Positions 12,571-26,167 of a stretch of 64,000 nucleotides of DNA are shown in pieces. Position numbers and translations under genes: made by a program. Position 1 is the stretch's first letter, and each line of letters begins with the position of its first letter. The notes beneath the pieces were generated by a model. The model was not told the DNA's origin. It saw nothing but the letters and a program-made list of their open reading frames with translations, and made no database searches. The stretch is from Eledone cirrhosa. Lineage: Eukaryota. The stretch lies in assembly GCA_964016885.1 (NCBI GenBank), contig CAXHJY010000165.1, positions 9,614 to 73,613 on the forward strand, in the 5' to 3' direction.

Positions 12571-12854
12571 AAGGGGTGGTGAGAAGGAGGAGGATGTTGA
12601 ATAGAGAGAGGGTTGAGGATGGCAGGAGGATGATTGGGAGTGGGTATGAAGTGAGGTGGGTGGTGGCTGTAGCTGTTGGAATTATTGTGTCTGGCTGAAG
12701 GATTTTTGAGCAATCAATATTTCGCACTCATTGTAATTTTGTGTAGGATATGAATAAGATCAAAAGCCACATGTAGGTTTACAATTGCCAATCATCAAAT
12801 GTAGCAATAAATAAATATATAAATAAAATAGATATATAAATAAAATAAATATAT

Positions 12855-13235
12855 GGAGGCACATGGCTTAGTGGTTAGAGCATTGGCCTTGCAATCGAAA
12901 GGTTGTGAGTTCAATTCTCAGACCGGGTGATGTGTTGTTTCCTTGAGCAAGACACTTTATTTCACATTGCTCCAGTTTACTCAGCTGTAGAAATGAGATG
13001 ATAGGGACTGGGGTCCATATCATTCCACTGTAGAGTGGTCGTGGAGGTGCCACAGCAAAAAAGCACCCAGCCCACACTGTAAAGTGGACGTGTAGGCGCC
13101 ACGGAAAAAAAGCACCCAGCACTCACTGTAAATGAGGTTGGTGTTAGGAAGGGCATCCAGCTGTAGAAATCAAGCCAGAATCAGTTCCCGTCCCACCCTT
13201 GCAAGCAGGGAAAAGCAGATGTAAAATGAAATGAT
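12855..13235 (+). mobile_element. tRNA-derived CORE-type SINE with RTE tail (SINE-R; resembles octopus OR-type SINEs from recall)
   Basis: A box tggcttagtgg, B box gagttcaattc, CORE-like ccttgagcaagacact..cagctgtagaaatgag, tail matching RTE-A 9083-9125. Confidence 0.85.
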
Positions 13236-13765
13236 ATAAATAAAATAAATATATAAATAAAATAAATTTATAAATAAAGTAGATATATAAAATAAATATA
13301 TAAATAAAATAGATATATAAATAAAATTGATACATAAATAATAAAATCTTGTAGTTTGCTTGAAGCCTTGTATATAATATTTAACATTGAAAGAGGCAAA
13401 ATGGACTGTAAGATGAGGTAACGAAAAGTAAAAGTAAGTTACCTGGTAATCTTTGTTTTGTTTTTGTTGTTGTTCTTTTATCTGTCCAATATTTCGTCAC
13501 CTTCATCAGGGATTAAGGAACTTTCAGTGGATAATGCTTCAATTTCCTCTCTTTGGGATAAAAGTTTGATTTTGATTAAAAATTTTTCGATGTTGCTTTC
13601 AAGCGTTTTTTTTTAATGTTTTTTTTTTGCTTTCCCCATGAATGACGTCAATTGCCAATATAGTATTTCGCAAAATCAATTTTCATTTTTGTATGACACG
13701 TTTAGTTTGTGTGCCTGTGGGTGTGTCTTTTTATGTCAAGTACTGTATCTATATAAATATATAGA

Positions 13766-13813
<48 letters not shown>

Positions 13814-14619
13814 AGAAAGTGATATATGTCCATATGTAAGATGAAGCCAACGAAAAAGTTAGTTACCTGGTAATCTTTGTTGTTTTTTTTTTGTTTCTTT
13901 CTTTCATCCTAATATTTCAGGACTTGAAAAATTTCCTTCGTCAGACTTTAAGGAACTTTGAAATCTATAAAATAAATAAATAAATAAATAAATAAAAACA
14001 AATAATAATAATTAGGGAGCAAAGGATCAGTGTTGCATCATATCTATATTTAATCACATATTACATATGTTTCATTGCCGATCAGCTCGAGGAACAATCG
14101 ATTATGTTCATTCTTGATTCTTTGTTCCCTAATTATTATCGATACTCAGCTCCCAAATAGCATTGAGTGCTTATCTTGGTATACCTCTGAACACAATCCA
14201 ATTGTACAATTACTACAATGACGGAAGTGTGGTAAGGAACCAGGTGGACTACAATGCACCAGAGTACTCAATACTTAGAATAGTAGTGTGAGTAATAGGA
14301 AAAGAGTCATTTCGACGCTAGATCTAGCTGTCAAAATGGCCGTAGCTTCCCCATTGGGGTCCTGACTCTTTTCCTATATATATCTATATATATATATATA
14401 TATAAATTAACATATAAATAAAAATCAGAAATTAAGATTTAAAACTGAAACAAGAAAAAAAAAAACGTCAAAATAATGTGGAAGAAAAATAAATGATAAA
14501 ATAACAGATTAAAAAAAATAAAAAGATGAGATAACGAAGGAATGGAATGTAATAATTGTAGGGAATCTGGTCTGGAAAAGATCTGTTTAATTCATAGAAG
14601 CAGGGAAACAATGCATATA

Positions 14620-15740
14620 TGATGGTGATTGTTGTGGTGATGGTGGTGGTGATAATGATAGTGATGATGGTGATGGAGGTGATTATTGGTGATGGTAATG
14701 ATGATGGTGGTGACGGTGGTGGTGGTGTTGATGATGGTGGTGGTGATTATTGGTGATGGTAATGATGATGGTGGTGGTGGTGGTGGAGGCGGTGATTAGT
14801 GGTGATGGTGATTATTGATGGTGGTGATGGTGGTGATGGTGGTGATGGTGGTGGTGATTATTGGTAATGGTAATGATGGTGATGGTAATGATGGTGATGG
14901 TGGTGGTGATTGCAATGTTGATGATGGTGATGATGATGATGTTGGTGATGGTGTTGATAATTATGATGATAGTGATGGTGGTGCTAATGTTGATGATGGG
15001 GATGATGATGATGATGATGGGAAGAAAGAAAAAAAAAGAAATTGATAATTATTAACCCCCCCCCCATCTCTCCACCCCCACATTACTCTATTGGTCTTTA
15101 TTTTATCAACAATGGAAGGATGAAAGGCAAAGTTGACCATGGAGAGGAGATGGAGACTGTACTTGAAAAGATCTATCCAACCCATACAAGCATGGAAAAA
15201 CAAAAAAAAGACTTAAAAACGTGGACAATGATGATGATGATGATGTCCATGATGTTCATGATGATGATTGTGATAGTGATGGTGGTGATGGTGATGGTGT
15301 TGGTGTTGGTGATGATGGTGTTGGTGTTGGTGATGATGATGCTGGTGATGGTGATGATGGTGTTGGTGATGATGTTTATGATGATGATGGTGATGGTGGT
15401 GATGCTGGTGATGGTGATGATGGTGTTGGTGTTGGTGATGATGTTGATGATGATGATTGTGATGGTGATGGTGATGATGGTGGTGATGCTGGTGTTGGTG
15501 GTGATGTTTATGATGATGATGATGATGATGATGATTGTGATGGTGATGATGGTGGTGATGCTGGTGATGGTGATGATGGTGTTGGTGATGGTGATGATGT
15601 TTTTGATGTTGATGATGATTTTGATGATTTTGATGGTGATGCTGGTGATGGTGATGATGTTTATGATGATGATGATGATGGTGATGGTGGTGATGATGTT
15701 GGTGTTCATGATGATTATGATGATCATGATGATGATGTTA
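14620..15740. repeat. (GAT/GGT)n degenerate trinucleotide tracts
   Basis: Two blocks; the second extends from an RTE-like tail at about 15175-15245. Confidence 0.9.
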
Positions 15741-16057
15741 ATGAAAAAAAAAAGGAAATTGAAGAAAAAAAATCTAATCATTAACAATAATAAAATGAAG
15801 GAAGGAAGGAAGGAAAGTATGTTATTTCAAGTGAAACATGGAAGAGACGGAAGAAGTGTAGTTGGATGGGTGGAGGTGGTTGGTGTGGATGGGTAGAGGT
15901 GGTTGATGTGGATGGGTGGAGGTGGTTGGTGTTTCCTGAGTCAGTAAAATATATAATCATCAGATTTTTATGTTATTTTGTTGTATGTTGTGTTGGGAAC
16001 TCAACTATGTAGAACAAAGGGATTCAGAAAATTAGGAGAATGATGATGATGATAATA

Positions 16058-16710
16058 ATTGTTTCTACTTTAGGCAGAAGGCCAGCAAATACCCAGTGCA
16101 TTACTGGTACTTTATTTTATCAACCCCGTAAGGATGAAAGGCGAAGTCAACCTCGGCGGGATTTGATGATAATAATGTTTTCTTATTTAGGCACAAGGCC
16201 AGCAATTTTGGGGGGAGGGAAAAGTCGATGAAATTGACCCCAGTACATTACTGGTACTTTATTTTATCGACCCCCGTAAGGATGCAAGGCAAAGTTAACC
16301 TTGGCGGGATTTGAACTCAGAAAGTAAAGAGCCCTAACTCTATGCTACAAAGCATGGTGTCCAAAGCTCCACTGATATAGGTAATCCACTGCCTTTAATT
16401 AATAATAATAATAATAATTGTTTCTACTTTTTGCACAAGGCCAGCAATTACCCAGTGTATTACTGGTACTTTATTTTATCGACCCTGTAAGGATGAAAGA
16501 CAAAGTTAACCTCGGCGGGATTTGAACTAATTATTTCTAGTATAGGCACAAGGCCAGTAATTTGGGGTGAGTGGAAAGTCGTTTAAATCGACCCCAGTGC
16601 ATTACTGATGCTTTATTTTATCAACCCCATAAGGATCAATGGCAAAGTTAACCGCAGCGAGATTTGAACTCAGAATGTAAAGAGCCGTTACTCTATGCTG
16701 CAAAGCATGT
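16058..16710 (-). mobile_element. Cluster of 4 head-to-tail tRNA(Lys)-like SINEs (SINE-K; resembles octopus OK SINE from recall)
   Basis: Repeated reverse complement of gagttcaaatcccgccgaggttaactttgcctttcatccttacggggtcgataaaataaagtaccagt, separated by (AAT)n. Confidence 0.85.
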
Positions 16711-16963
16711 AATAATAATAATAATAATAATAATGGTTTCTGCGTATATATATATATATATATATATTGTAAATGTGGTTGGTGTTATGAAGAGCATCCA
16801 GCCATAGAAAACCTGCCAGATACAGCCCTATACGAGTGAGACATGGTCACCCAACCAATCTTGCCTCAACTGAGACAATCCCGTCTAACCCATGTGCTAG
16901 CGTGGAAGATGGATCTTAAATGAGGATGGTGATGATACACGCACAATCTATATATATATATAT

Positions 16964-17311
16964 ATCATCATCATCATCATCATTTCATTTTACGTCCGCT
17001 TTTTCCCTGCTTGCAAGGGTGGGACGGGAACTGATTCTGGCTTGATTTCTACAGCTGGATGCCCTTCCTAACACCAACCTCATTTACAGTGAGTGCTGGG
17101 TGCTTTTTTGCCGTGGCACCTCCACGACCACTTTGCAGTGGAATGATAGGGAGCCCTGTCCCTATCATCTCATTTCTACAGCTGAGTAAACTGGAGCAAT
17201 GTGAAATAAAGTGTCTTGCCCAAGGAAACAACACATCAGCCGGTCTGAGAATTGAACTCACAACCTTTCGATTGCAAGGCCAATGCTCTAACCACTAAGC
17301 CATGTGCCTCC
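16964..17311 (-). mobile_element. SINE-R, full length
   Basis: Reverse complement of 12855-13235, between TA tracts. Confidence 0.9.
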
Positions 17312-17402
17312 ATATATATATATATATATATATATACCACCATATATATATATATATATATATACATGCATATATATATATATATAAATATATATATACA
17401 TG

Positions 17403-17434
<32 letters not shown>

Positions 17435-17441
17435 CATGCAT

Positions 17442-17472
<31 letters not shown>

Positions 17473-17595
17473 CATACATATATATATATATATATACACA
17501 CACATGCATATATATATATATATATAAATATATATATATATGCATGTATACATACTGTATACATATATATATATATACACATGCATACATACTGT

Positions 17596-17631
<36 letters not shown>

Positions 17632-17688
17632 GAATATATATATAATGTATATATATATATATATATATACATGAATATATATATAATG

Positions 17689-17719
<31 letters not shown>

Positions 17720-17969
17720 ATATATATTCATGTATATATATATATATATATATATGTATACAGTATGTATGCATGTATATATATATATATATATGTATAC
17801 AGTATGTATACATGCATATATATGCATATATATGCATGTATACATACTGTATACATATATATATATATATATGTATGTATACATGCATATATATGCATAT
17901 ATATGCATGTATACATACTGTATACATATATATATATATATATATACACATGCATACATACTGTATACA

Positions 17970-17990
<21 letters not shown>
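17312..17990. repeat. Compound (TA)n microsatellite
   Basis: Direct reading. Confidence 0.95.
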
Positions 17991-18007
<17 letters not shown>

Positions 18008-18008
18008 A

Positions 18009-18223
18009 AATCGATCGACTTTCGTCAAATCGGACCGAGGGAACAATGTTTCCGTTGGTCTTTCCAATTGCTAATACTATCTATCGGTCGCAACTCCAGG
18101 TAGAAGGAGCAACGTGAAATAAAGTGTCTTGCCCAAGGACATAACGCATCACCTGGTCCAGGAATCGAACTCACAACCTTATGATTGCGAATCCAATTCC
18201 CTAACCACTCAGCCACACGCCTT
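18009..18223 (-). mobile_element. tRNA/CORE SINE with a different 3' part
   Basis: Head and CORE resemble SINE-R; unrelated tail ending in poly(A) on the minus strand. Confidence 0.7.
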
Positions 18224-18884
18224 CACTGATATATATATATACATGCATATATATGTACATGTATATATATATATATCTTGTATTTTGTTATATAACTATT
18301 ATACCATGTTGAGGTTTATTCTTTAACAGATTCTAACACATAGAAATGAAAAATAATTATTGATAATTATCTCAGCCATTATCCTCCTCCCCTGCTCCTC
18401 TAATGAATATATATGTATGTATATACATATATATATATGTGAGTGAGTGAGTGAGTGTGAGTATGATTTTTCTATTGATTTCTTTTTATAGATTATTGCT
18501 GCCTTCCCTTTTTACAATTCTCCCTATCATTTGTTTTATGTAAAACACACTCTATTTATCAGTAATAGGTCTGTTATTTCTGTTCCAATGGTTATCATCA
18601 TCATCACCATCATCATCATCACCAATAATATCGTTTTTATCGCAATTATCATCTCCGCTTTCATTGTCATCTTAATCATCATAATAACTCACATTATCAT
18701 TAATGATTGGACATTTAGATAAGTATTAACACATTAAAACAACTTTGTATGATACAACCTTGATGGGTTTCAGGCTGTGTGATATCAAAGGGGTTGAAGG
18801 ATCTGTCAATCAGAAACCAGAAAATGTTGTTTGGCTGAACAAACAAGGCTGATATCAAATATTTTGGTATCAATCCTTATATCC

Positions 18885-19112
18885 TTATCCCTTGCTCGTA
18901 GTTGAGACAGCAAGCACAACTTCACACCAACTATCTCTGTTTCCCATCAAGGTTTCTATGCCTTCTTCCTTGTCAATTCCAGTGTCTCCAGCTATGATAT
19001 CCTAGTATCTGAACTTTCTGATAGAGGAGATATCGCACAACAAGAAGTCTAAAACGATCTCATCTTTTGCACAGTAGCAGTGACCAGCACACCATGTACG
19101 ACATGCAAGCAT
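18885..19112 (-). pseudogene. Old RTE-like LINE C-terminal relic
   Basis: Manual translation CRTWCAGHCYCAKDEIVLDFLL..RY*DIIAGDTG..LMGNRDSWCEVV resembles the RRLRxxGH...DRxxW LINE terminus; one internal stop. Confidence 0.65.
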
Positions 19113-19114
19113 TG

Positions 19115-19878
19115 TGGTATCAAAAGGGTTAACTTATCTGTTAATCAGAACATTGTTTGCCTGAACAACCACGGTTGATGTCAAACAGTTTGATATAAAA
19201 AGTGTTGATGGTCTGTTAATCAGACACTGTTGTTTAACTGAACAACCACGGTTGATGTCAAACAGTTTGATATAAAAAGTGTTGATGGTCTGTTAATCAG
19301 ACACTGTTGTTTAACTGAACAACCACGGTTGATGTCAAACAGTTTGATATAAAAAGTGTTGATGGTCTGTTAATCAGACACTGTTGTTTAACTGAACAAC
19401 CACGGTTGATGTCAAACAGTTTGATAAGAAATGTGTTGATGGTCTGTTAATCAGGCACTGTTGTTTAACTGAACAACCACGGTTGATGTCAAACAGTTTG
19501 ATATAAAAAGTGTTGATGGTCGGTTAATCAGGCACTGTTGTTTAACTGAACAACCACGGTTGATGTCAAACAGTTTGATATAACAAGTGTTGATGGTCTG
19601 TTAATCAGGCAATGTTGTTTAACTGAACAACCACGGTTGATGTCAAACAGTATGATATAAAAAGTGTTGATGGTCTGTTAATCAGGCACTGTTGTTTAAC
19701 TGAACAACCACGGTTGATGTCAAACAGTTTGATATAAAAAGTGTTGATGGTCTGTTAATCAGGCACTGTTGTTTAACTGAACAACCACGGTTGATGTCAA
19801 ACAGTTTGATATAAAAAGTGTTGATGGTCTGTTAATCAGGCAATGTTGTTTAACTGAACAACCACGGTTGATGTCAAA
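19115..19878. repeat. 77-bp satellite, about 10 copies
   Basis: ccacggttgatg at 19169, 19246 and onward to 19862 with period 77; resumes at about 20562. Confidence 0.95.
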
Positions 19879-20564
19879 TATCATCATCATCATCAGGTTT
19901 AGCGTCCGTGTTCCACGCTTGCATGGGTTTGGACGGGGGTTTTCCCACTTGAGGCAAGAGTGGTTGTCTTGCTCGCATAGGACTGTCTGGCGGGTTTTCT
20001 ACAGTTGGATGCCCTTCCTAACACCAACCACATTTACAGTGTGGGGCTGGGAGGTTTTTACCGTGTTGCCTACACGGCCACATTACAGCGTGGACTGTCT
20101 GGCGGGTTTTCTACAGCTGGATGCCCTTCCTAACACCAACCACATTTACAGTGTGGGGCTGGGAGGTTTTTACCGTGTTGCCTACACGGCCACATTTACA
20201 GCGTGGACTGTGTGTTTTTTTGTCGTGACACCTACACGATCTCATTTGTTTCGGCCTGGATGTTGTGGGACCAACATAACTTTACATTGAAAGGGGCGGT
20301 GTGGATGGGGTGGAGGTGGTGGGACGGGGGGTGTTTTGATAGAGATGCCTACTGACTGTAGTAGGTTTTTACTTTGTATTTAGGTAAGGCGGGTCTTCTC
20401 TATTACTGAGTACCGCCAAAGGTCTCGGTCCAGTGACATTGTCTTGGAGAGGTGTAAGCGTGTGAGGTCGGAATTTATCAGCTCGTCCCATGTTTTTCTG
20501 GGTCTGCCTACTCCGTGGCTACCGTCTATCTTTATTGCCCTGCACTTTGTTATACAGCTGTCGT
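19879..20564 (-). mobile_element. RTE family C, 5'-truncated copy
   Basis: Reverse complement of about 61037-61720; gtcaaa duplicated at both junctions. Confidence 0.9.
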
Positions 20565-20734
20565 CAAACAGTTTGATATAAAAAGTGTTGAAGGATCTGT
20601 CAATCAGAAACTACTGCCAGGTTGGTTAATTCCTATTCCTTGCCATATTTCTACTACATCATGGCTTGCCTGGTGCTTGATAGTCTAAAAGACTGGTGAC
20701 TATGAAAACCACAATGATGGCAAAACCATATTAA

Positions 20735-21576
20735 TAATGGTTACTTATTTAAGAAAAGGCCAACAATTTTGGGGGAGAGGAAAGTCAGTTATATTACTTC
20801 CAGTGCATTACAAGTACTTTATTTTATCGACCCTGTAAAAACGCAAGCAAAGGAAACCTTAGCAGGATTTGAAATCAGAACATAAAGGGCTGTAACTCTA
20901 TGCCGCAAAGCTTGTTGTCCGATGTTCTATACTGATACTGCCTAAGCTATGCCCTTAATAACAAAATATTTTACTGAACAAGAAATCACACACCAGTATC
21001 ACCACTCTCTCTCTTTCACTCTCTCTCCCCCCCCCCCTCCCCTCCCCCCTCTCTCTCTCCCTCCCTTCCCCCCTCTCTCTCTATATATATTATATTATAT
21101 TATATTATATTATATTATATTATATTATATTATATTATATTATATTATTGGATTGGCAGTATCGGTAGAGGGTCGGGCACCATGCTTTCCAGCATAGTTA
21201 CGTCCCTTTACGATCTGAGTTCAAATCCCGCCGAAGTTGACTTTGCCTTTCATCCTTACAGGGTCGATAAAATAAAGTACCAATAATGCACTGGGTGCAT
21301 TATTGCACTGGCCTTGTGCCTAAAGTAGAAACAATTATATATATATATATATATAATATATATATATATATATAAAATCTAAATTATAATAAAGGAAGGA
21401 CTGCATATGGTTTATTTATTTTTTTATCCCCTTTGTAAAATAAGTTGGATTACTTTGAATAAATAATTGTTTCTACTTTAGACACAAGGCCAGCAATTAA
21501 CCATTACATTACTGGTACTTTATTTTATCGACCCCGTAAGGATGAAAGGCAAAGTTACCCTCGGCGGGATTTGAAC
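20735..21576. mobile_element. Three SINE-K copies: 20735-20945(-), 21148-21335(+), 21465-21576(-)
   Basis: Same conserved central domain as the other SINE-K copies. Confidence 0.8.
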
Positions 21577-22375
21577 AATGAATGAATATTACATAATTTA
21601 TCTACTAAATTTCGTAAACAAAAATAATTTCGTAAAAATAAATAATTTAAAATTGACTTCTTTTCAAAGTTGTACTTCCGGTATATCGTTGCCACCACCA
21701 CTTCAACTACCATATATATATAGAAAGAGAGAGTGTATGATATCAACACTTCCGGTGGCGATCGCTTAAATAAACATACTAATTTTCTCCTAATGCAGTT
21801 TATATATAATATCGTCTTTTTTTAATGTATCATGGATTACGTTACTGATTACATAAGACAGTGCAACACAGTCTTCTTTCAATTTCTGTGTATATTGTCA
21901 ATTACGATTTTATTTGATCATATCTACATGTATATATACTTGCATATAATATCAATATACACACTACACATGCTAGCAGAAAACCACCCGAAAGTGGAGA
22001 TGTTGCATAGGAGATTTATTGCTCAATCCTGGTTACAAGTTATTCTCAAGCAGCTGGCTTGTGATCTGGGTTGGCACCCCCAGACCAGACTCCAACAGTG
22101 GCTGATCCTCAGACCAGTGTTAACTCAACAAAAATCATATCAAATTTGTAGATGAACCAGCAAAAACAAACAAGCATATAGAATGACCAAACACTGGCCT
22201 AGAATATAACAGATGCACCTATATTGAGCATTACAAGAAACAAAAACAAAATTATCAAAATACACTCTGCTCTGCATTGAGTTCTGACTTTGGTTCTCTC
22301 TCCAGTTTTCTTCTGATTTACATCTATATATATAAGCATCTCTCCAGTTTTCTTCCGATTTACATCTATATATAT

Positions 22376-22620
22376 AAGCATATAGACAATATGCCCCCAC
22401 CCCCTCTCACTGCAAAGTGGTCGTGTAGGTGCCACGGTAAAAAAGCACCCAGTACTGACTGGAAATAAGGTTGGTGTTAGGAAGGGCATTGAGCTGTAAT
22501 AAGTTCCCGTATGAGCAAGACAAAGTCACCCAACTTGGAATTGCCCACAACAGGACAACCCGTCTAACCCATGCTAGCATGGAAGAATGGGCGTAAAACA
22601 GTGATGATGCTGATGATGAT
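22376..22620 (+). mobile_element. RTE family B, 3'UTR fragment
   Basis: Matches 57977-58275 starting from aagcatat..caatatgcccc. Confidence 0.8.
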
Positions 22621-22792
22621 ATATGTATGTGTATATATATATGTTCAATTTGTCAAGCTATTTAAACGTATGTTATTACTCTTATTGAGTGCTTTGCTAA
22701 CTCATTCCTATTGTAGGTCGACTTTGCTAGCGCACAGCTAAAGCTTTGATTTTACTAAGCTTCCACTTGTATATATATATATATATATATAT

Positions 22793-23139
22793 ATCATCAT
22801 TCATCATCATCATTTCATTTTACGTTCGCTTTTCCCTACTTGCAAGGGTAGGACAGGAACTGATTTTGGCTTGATTTCTACAGCTGGATGCCCTTCCTAA
22901 CACCAACCTCATTTACAGTGAGTACTGGGTGCTTTTTTGCCGTGGCACCTCCACGACCACTTTGCAGTGGAATGATATGGACCTTATCACCTTATCATCT
23001 CATTTCTACAGCTGAGTAAACTGGAGCAATGTGAAATAAAGTGTCTTGCTCAAGGAAACAACACATCACCCGGTCTGAGAATTGAACTCACAACCTTTCA
23101 ATTGCAAGGCCAATGCTCTAACCACTAAGCCATGTGCCT
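22793..23139 (-). mobile_element. SINE-R, full length
   Basis: Reverse complement of the SINE-R consensus; TA flanks. Confidence 0.9.
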
Positions 23140-23283
23140 ATATATATATAGACGTGTCCATTGAACCTGTGGGTCCAGAATCAGACAGATCCACACAATG
23201 ATCGCGTCTCGAGCTGGCCGCCGGCGAAACAATTGTAACACACGATAAATTGAGTTCACATGCATCTCTAATTTTTCGTTTTC

Positions 23284-23320
<37 letters not shown>

Positions 23321-23322
<2 letters not shown>

Positions 23323-23841
23323 TATGTATGTATACGTACATACATATATGTATACAGACGTACAGTAGTATGTATATATATACATACATGCACACACATA
23401 TATATGCACGTATCGGTTTACCGAACATTTATTATAATGCTCGGTTTGTTGTTTGTAAACAAACAAACAGCCCACTGCGCCCAGCCGACTGAATTCACTC
23501 GATATGCAAATTAGGCTGCTCAGCAGTTAATATGCATAAGGAAAGTATATACTTTCAGACATTCAACCATCTGGCAGGAAGATATACGATGCTGACGATA
23601 GCTAATAAGCTTGAAACTAGTACATCGTTCCTGTGTCAGTGTTGAACAAAAAGATGACGTGGTTGCCTAAACACTGTACGGCGTAATCCAGGCTGTTTGT
23701 TTGTTTACAAATGAACAAACCGAGCATTATAATAAATGTTTGGTAAACCGATATGTGCATATATATATGTGTGTATGTATGTATATATATACATACTACT
23801 GTACGTCTGTATACATATATGTATGTACGTATACATACTTA
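23321..23841. mobile_element. Fold-back element with about 150-bp inverted arms and a central hammerhead
   Basis: 23321-23472 is the reverse complement of 23691-23841. Confidence 0.8.
23586..23628 (+). ncRNA. Minimal type I hammerhead ribozyme motif
   Basis: acgatg-CTGACGA-t agct aata agct t-GAAA-ctag-TA-catcgt; predicted GUA cleavage site; U.U at the base of stem II. Confidence 0.8.
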
Positions 23842-24255
23842 CATTTAAGTAAGTGCTGTACTAAGAGTGAGAAATGAAATTTCGTTTCATTCTATTTCAT
23901 TTATATATATATAACCACAAAGTAAATGATAAAAATATGAGAATATATAAATAGGTGGAAGACATATCATTTATTTTTGGCTTTAGAATATTACAACTAG
24001 TCAGTTTTCAGTTAGAATTTGACTACAAATATCAAATTTTAATGAAATAACCTTATCTGTGAAAATATTGTTTGTCTTCTCCAAATATAAATATAAGAGA
24101 ACTTTTAATAATACTTTATTTCAGTAGAAAACAATAATCAAATTTCATGAATATCCCTCTCATAAAATGTCTTTTGAACTTTCATACACAGATTCTTAAA
24201 ATATTATTTAAACTAAGCAACTTTATTTGTTCCATTGCAAAGATCAGAGAGATAA

Positions 24256-24300
<45 letters not shown>

Positions 24301-24331
24301 ATATATAGAGAGAGAGAGATGTATATATGTG

Positions 24332-24397
<66 letters not shown>

Positions 24398-25086
24398 TGT
24401 ATATATGTATGTGTGCATGCATATATATATATATATAGAGAGAGAGAGATATGTATGTATATATAGCTGTGTATGTGTGTAACTTTTTTTTCTTATTCTC
24501 ATATATCTTGAACATTTTTATGCAATTTCTTAACTTACAGTCATTCTTAGTATTTATTTAATTCAAAATATTTATTGTGTATAAAATAAATTCTATATTT
24601 ATTAAACTTACCCCCCACTGTCCCATAGATAGACATCAGACAGATTTGTATTTTAATGAGCTATGTTGTTTCAAAATATTCACACACACACATGGATATA
24701 TATATATATATATATATGTGTGTGTATATATATATATACATGCACAAACGCACACATACATGTATATACATATATGCTATACAGTCTTTTTCATTGCTTC
24801 TTTTACAAGGGTATGCGCATGAGTATATACATTCATACGTATATACACACATACATATACACACACACACACATACACATGTATGTATGTATATATACAC
24901 AGAGAGAGAGTGAGATGGAGGATGAGAAAAAGAAAGATGGTCGATTATTTGAATTCTTGAAGTATATTGTTTATGCAACGCTGCAATATTATTTTGAAGA
25001 CAGCATAGAAAAAATTTACCTCAAATAGGAATAGAAAACGCAAAGAGATAGATTTTAGAAAGCATACATTTATCTTTCTGTTTGTC

Positions 25087-25121
<35 letters not shown>

Positions 25122-25265
25122 CACACTTGCATATATATATGCACATATATTTATAATTTATACACATGCATGTATATATATCTATATCATCACCATTGTT
25201 TTTACGTCTGCTTTTCCACATCTATATATATGTATACATATACATATATATATATACACACATGT

Positions 25266-25316
<51 letters not shown>

Positions 25317-25458
25317 TATATATATATACACATACACATATAAGCATATTTATGCACCCACACATGTATATATATGCACATGTATTTACATACACATATA
25401 GATACACCTGAGCACTGTACACAAAAATTTCATTATTATTATCATTTTATACACACAC

Positions 25459-25499
<41 letters not shown>

Positions 25500-25680
25500 T
25501 TGTGTGTGTGTCTATGTGTGTGTTTAATATTTATTCTTCATAGTGACTGTTTACTTCAAAATTTTGTCTGATACTGCTAATACATCACTCTAAGTAAACA
25601 CTTACCATTAATATTTAATATCCTATTCACTCTACAAATGGCATCGAGTCTTGCATTCTGTGCATGTTTAGAGTATTTAA

Positions 25681-26041
25681 CCCTTTAATGTTCAAACCGG
25701 TCAAAACCGGCCAGAATTCTCTACCTTTTTCTGTTGAAACTGGCTGTAATTGGTCACTCAAACTGATGTTAAGGTATTGTTCTCAAAATAAATACTTTGA
25801 AAATTTCATAGATTCGATATTATGTTAGATAATTATGCGAGGTAAAGCCTTTACCATGAAAATATAATAGTATATATATATATAGAGTAATTGTTTCTAC
25901 TATTGGCACAAGGCCAGCAATTACCCAGTACATTACTGGTACTTTATTTTATCGATCCCGTAAGGATGAAAGGCAAAGTTAACCTCAGCGGGATTTGAAC
26001 TCATATATATATATATATAGAGTAATGTGAATGCTAAAGGG
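25681..26041. mobile_element. piggyBac-like MITE interrupted by a SINE-K fragment (25889-26003)
   Basis: TTAA|cccttta...taaaggg|TTAA. Confidence 0.8.
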
Positions 26042-26126
26042 TTAAATGAATATAAATCTACAAAACATGATTGTATCTCATAGAAGTGTGTCTGTGTGAA
26101 TCTGTATATGTATGTGTGTATATTTC

Positions 26127-26165
<39 letters not shown>

Positions 26166-26167
26166 CA

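Noticed and set aside
12855-12930. tRNA gene
   Set aside because: SINE head with A and B boxes but no complete cloverleaf or terminator; continues into the SINE body
15042-15896. Asp/Gly-rich or Met-rich ORFs resembling acidic matrix proteins
   Set aside because: (GAT/GGT)n expansion growing from a retroelement tail
19115-19878. CRISPR-like appearance of the regular arrays (also 53008-54485)
   Set aside because: No unique spacers, no cas genes, eukaryotic context
21674-21800. Two ACTTCCGGT ETS-like motifs and an acceptor-like tract suggesting a promoter
   Set aside because: No associated gene or CpG island; two short motifs are insufficient
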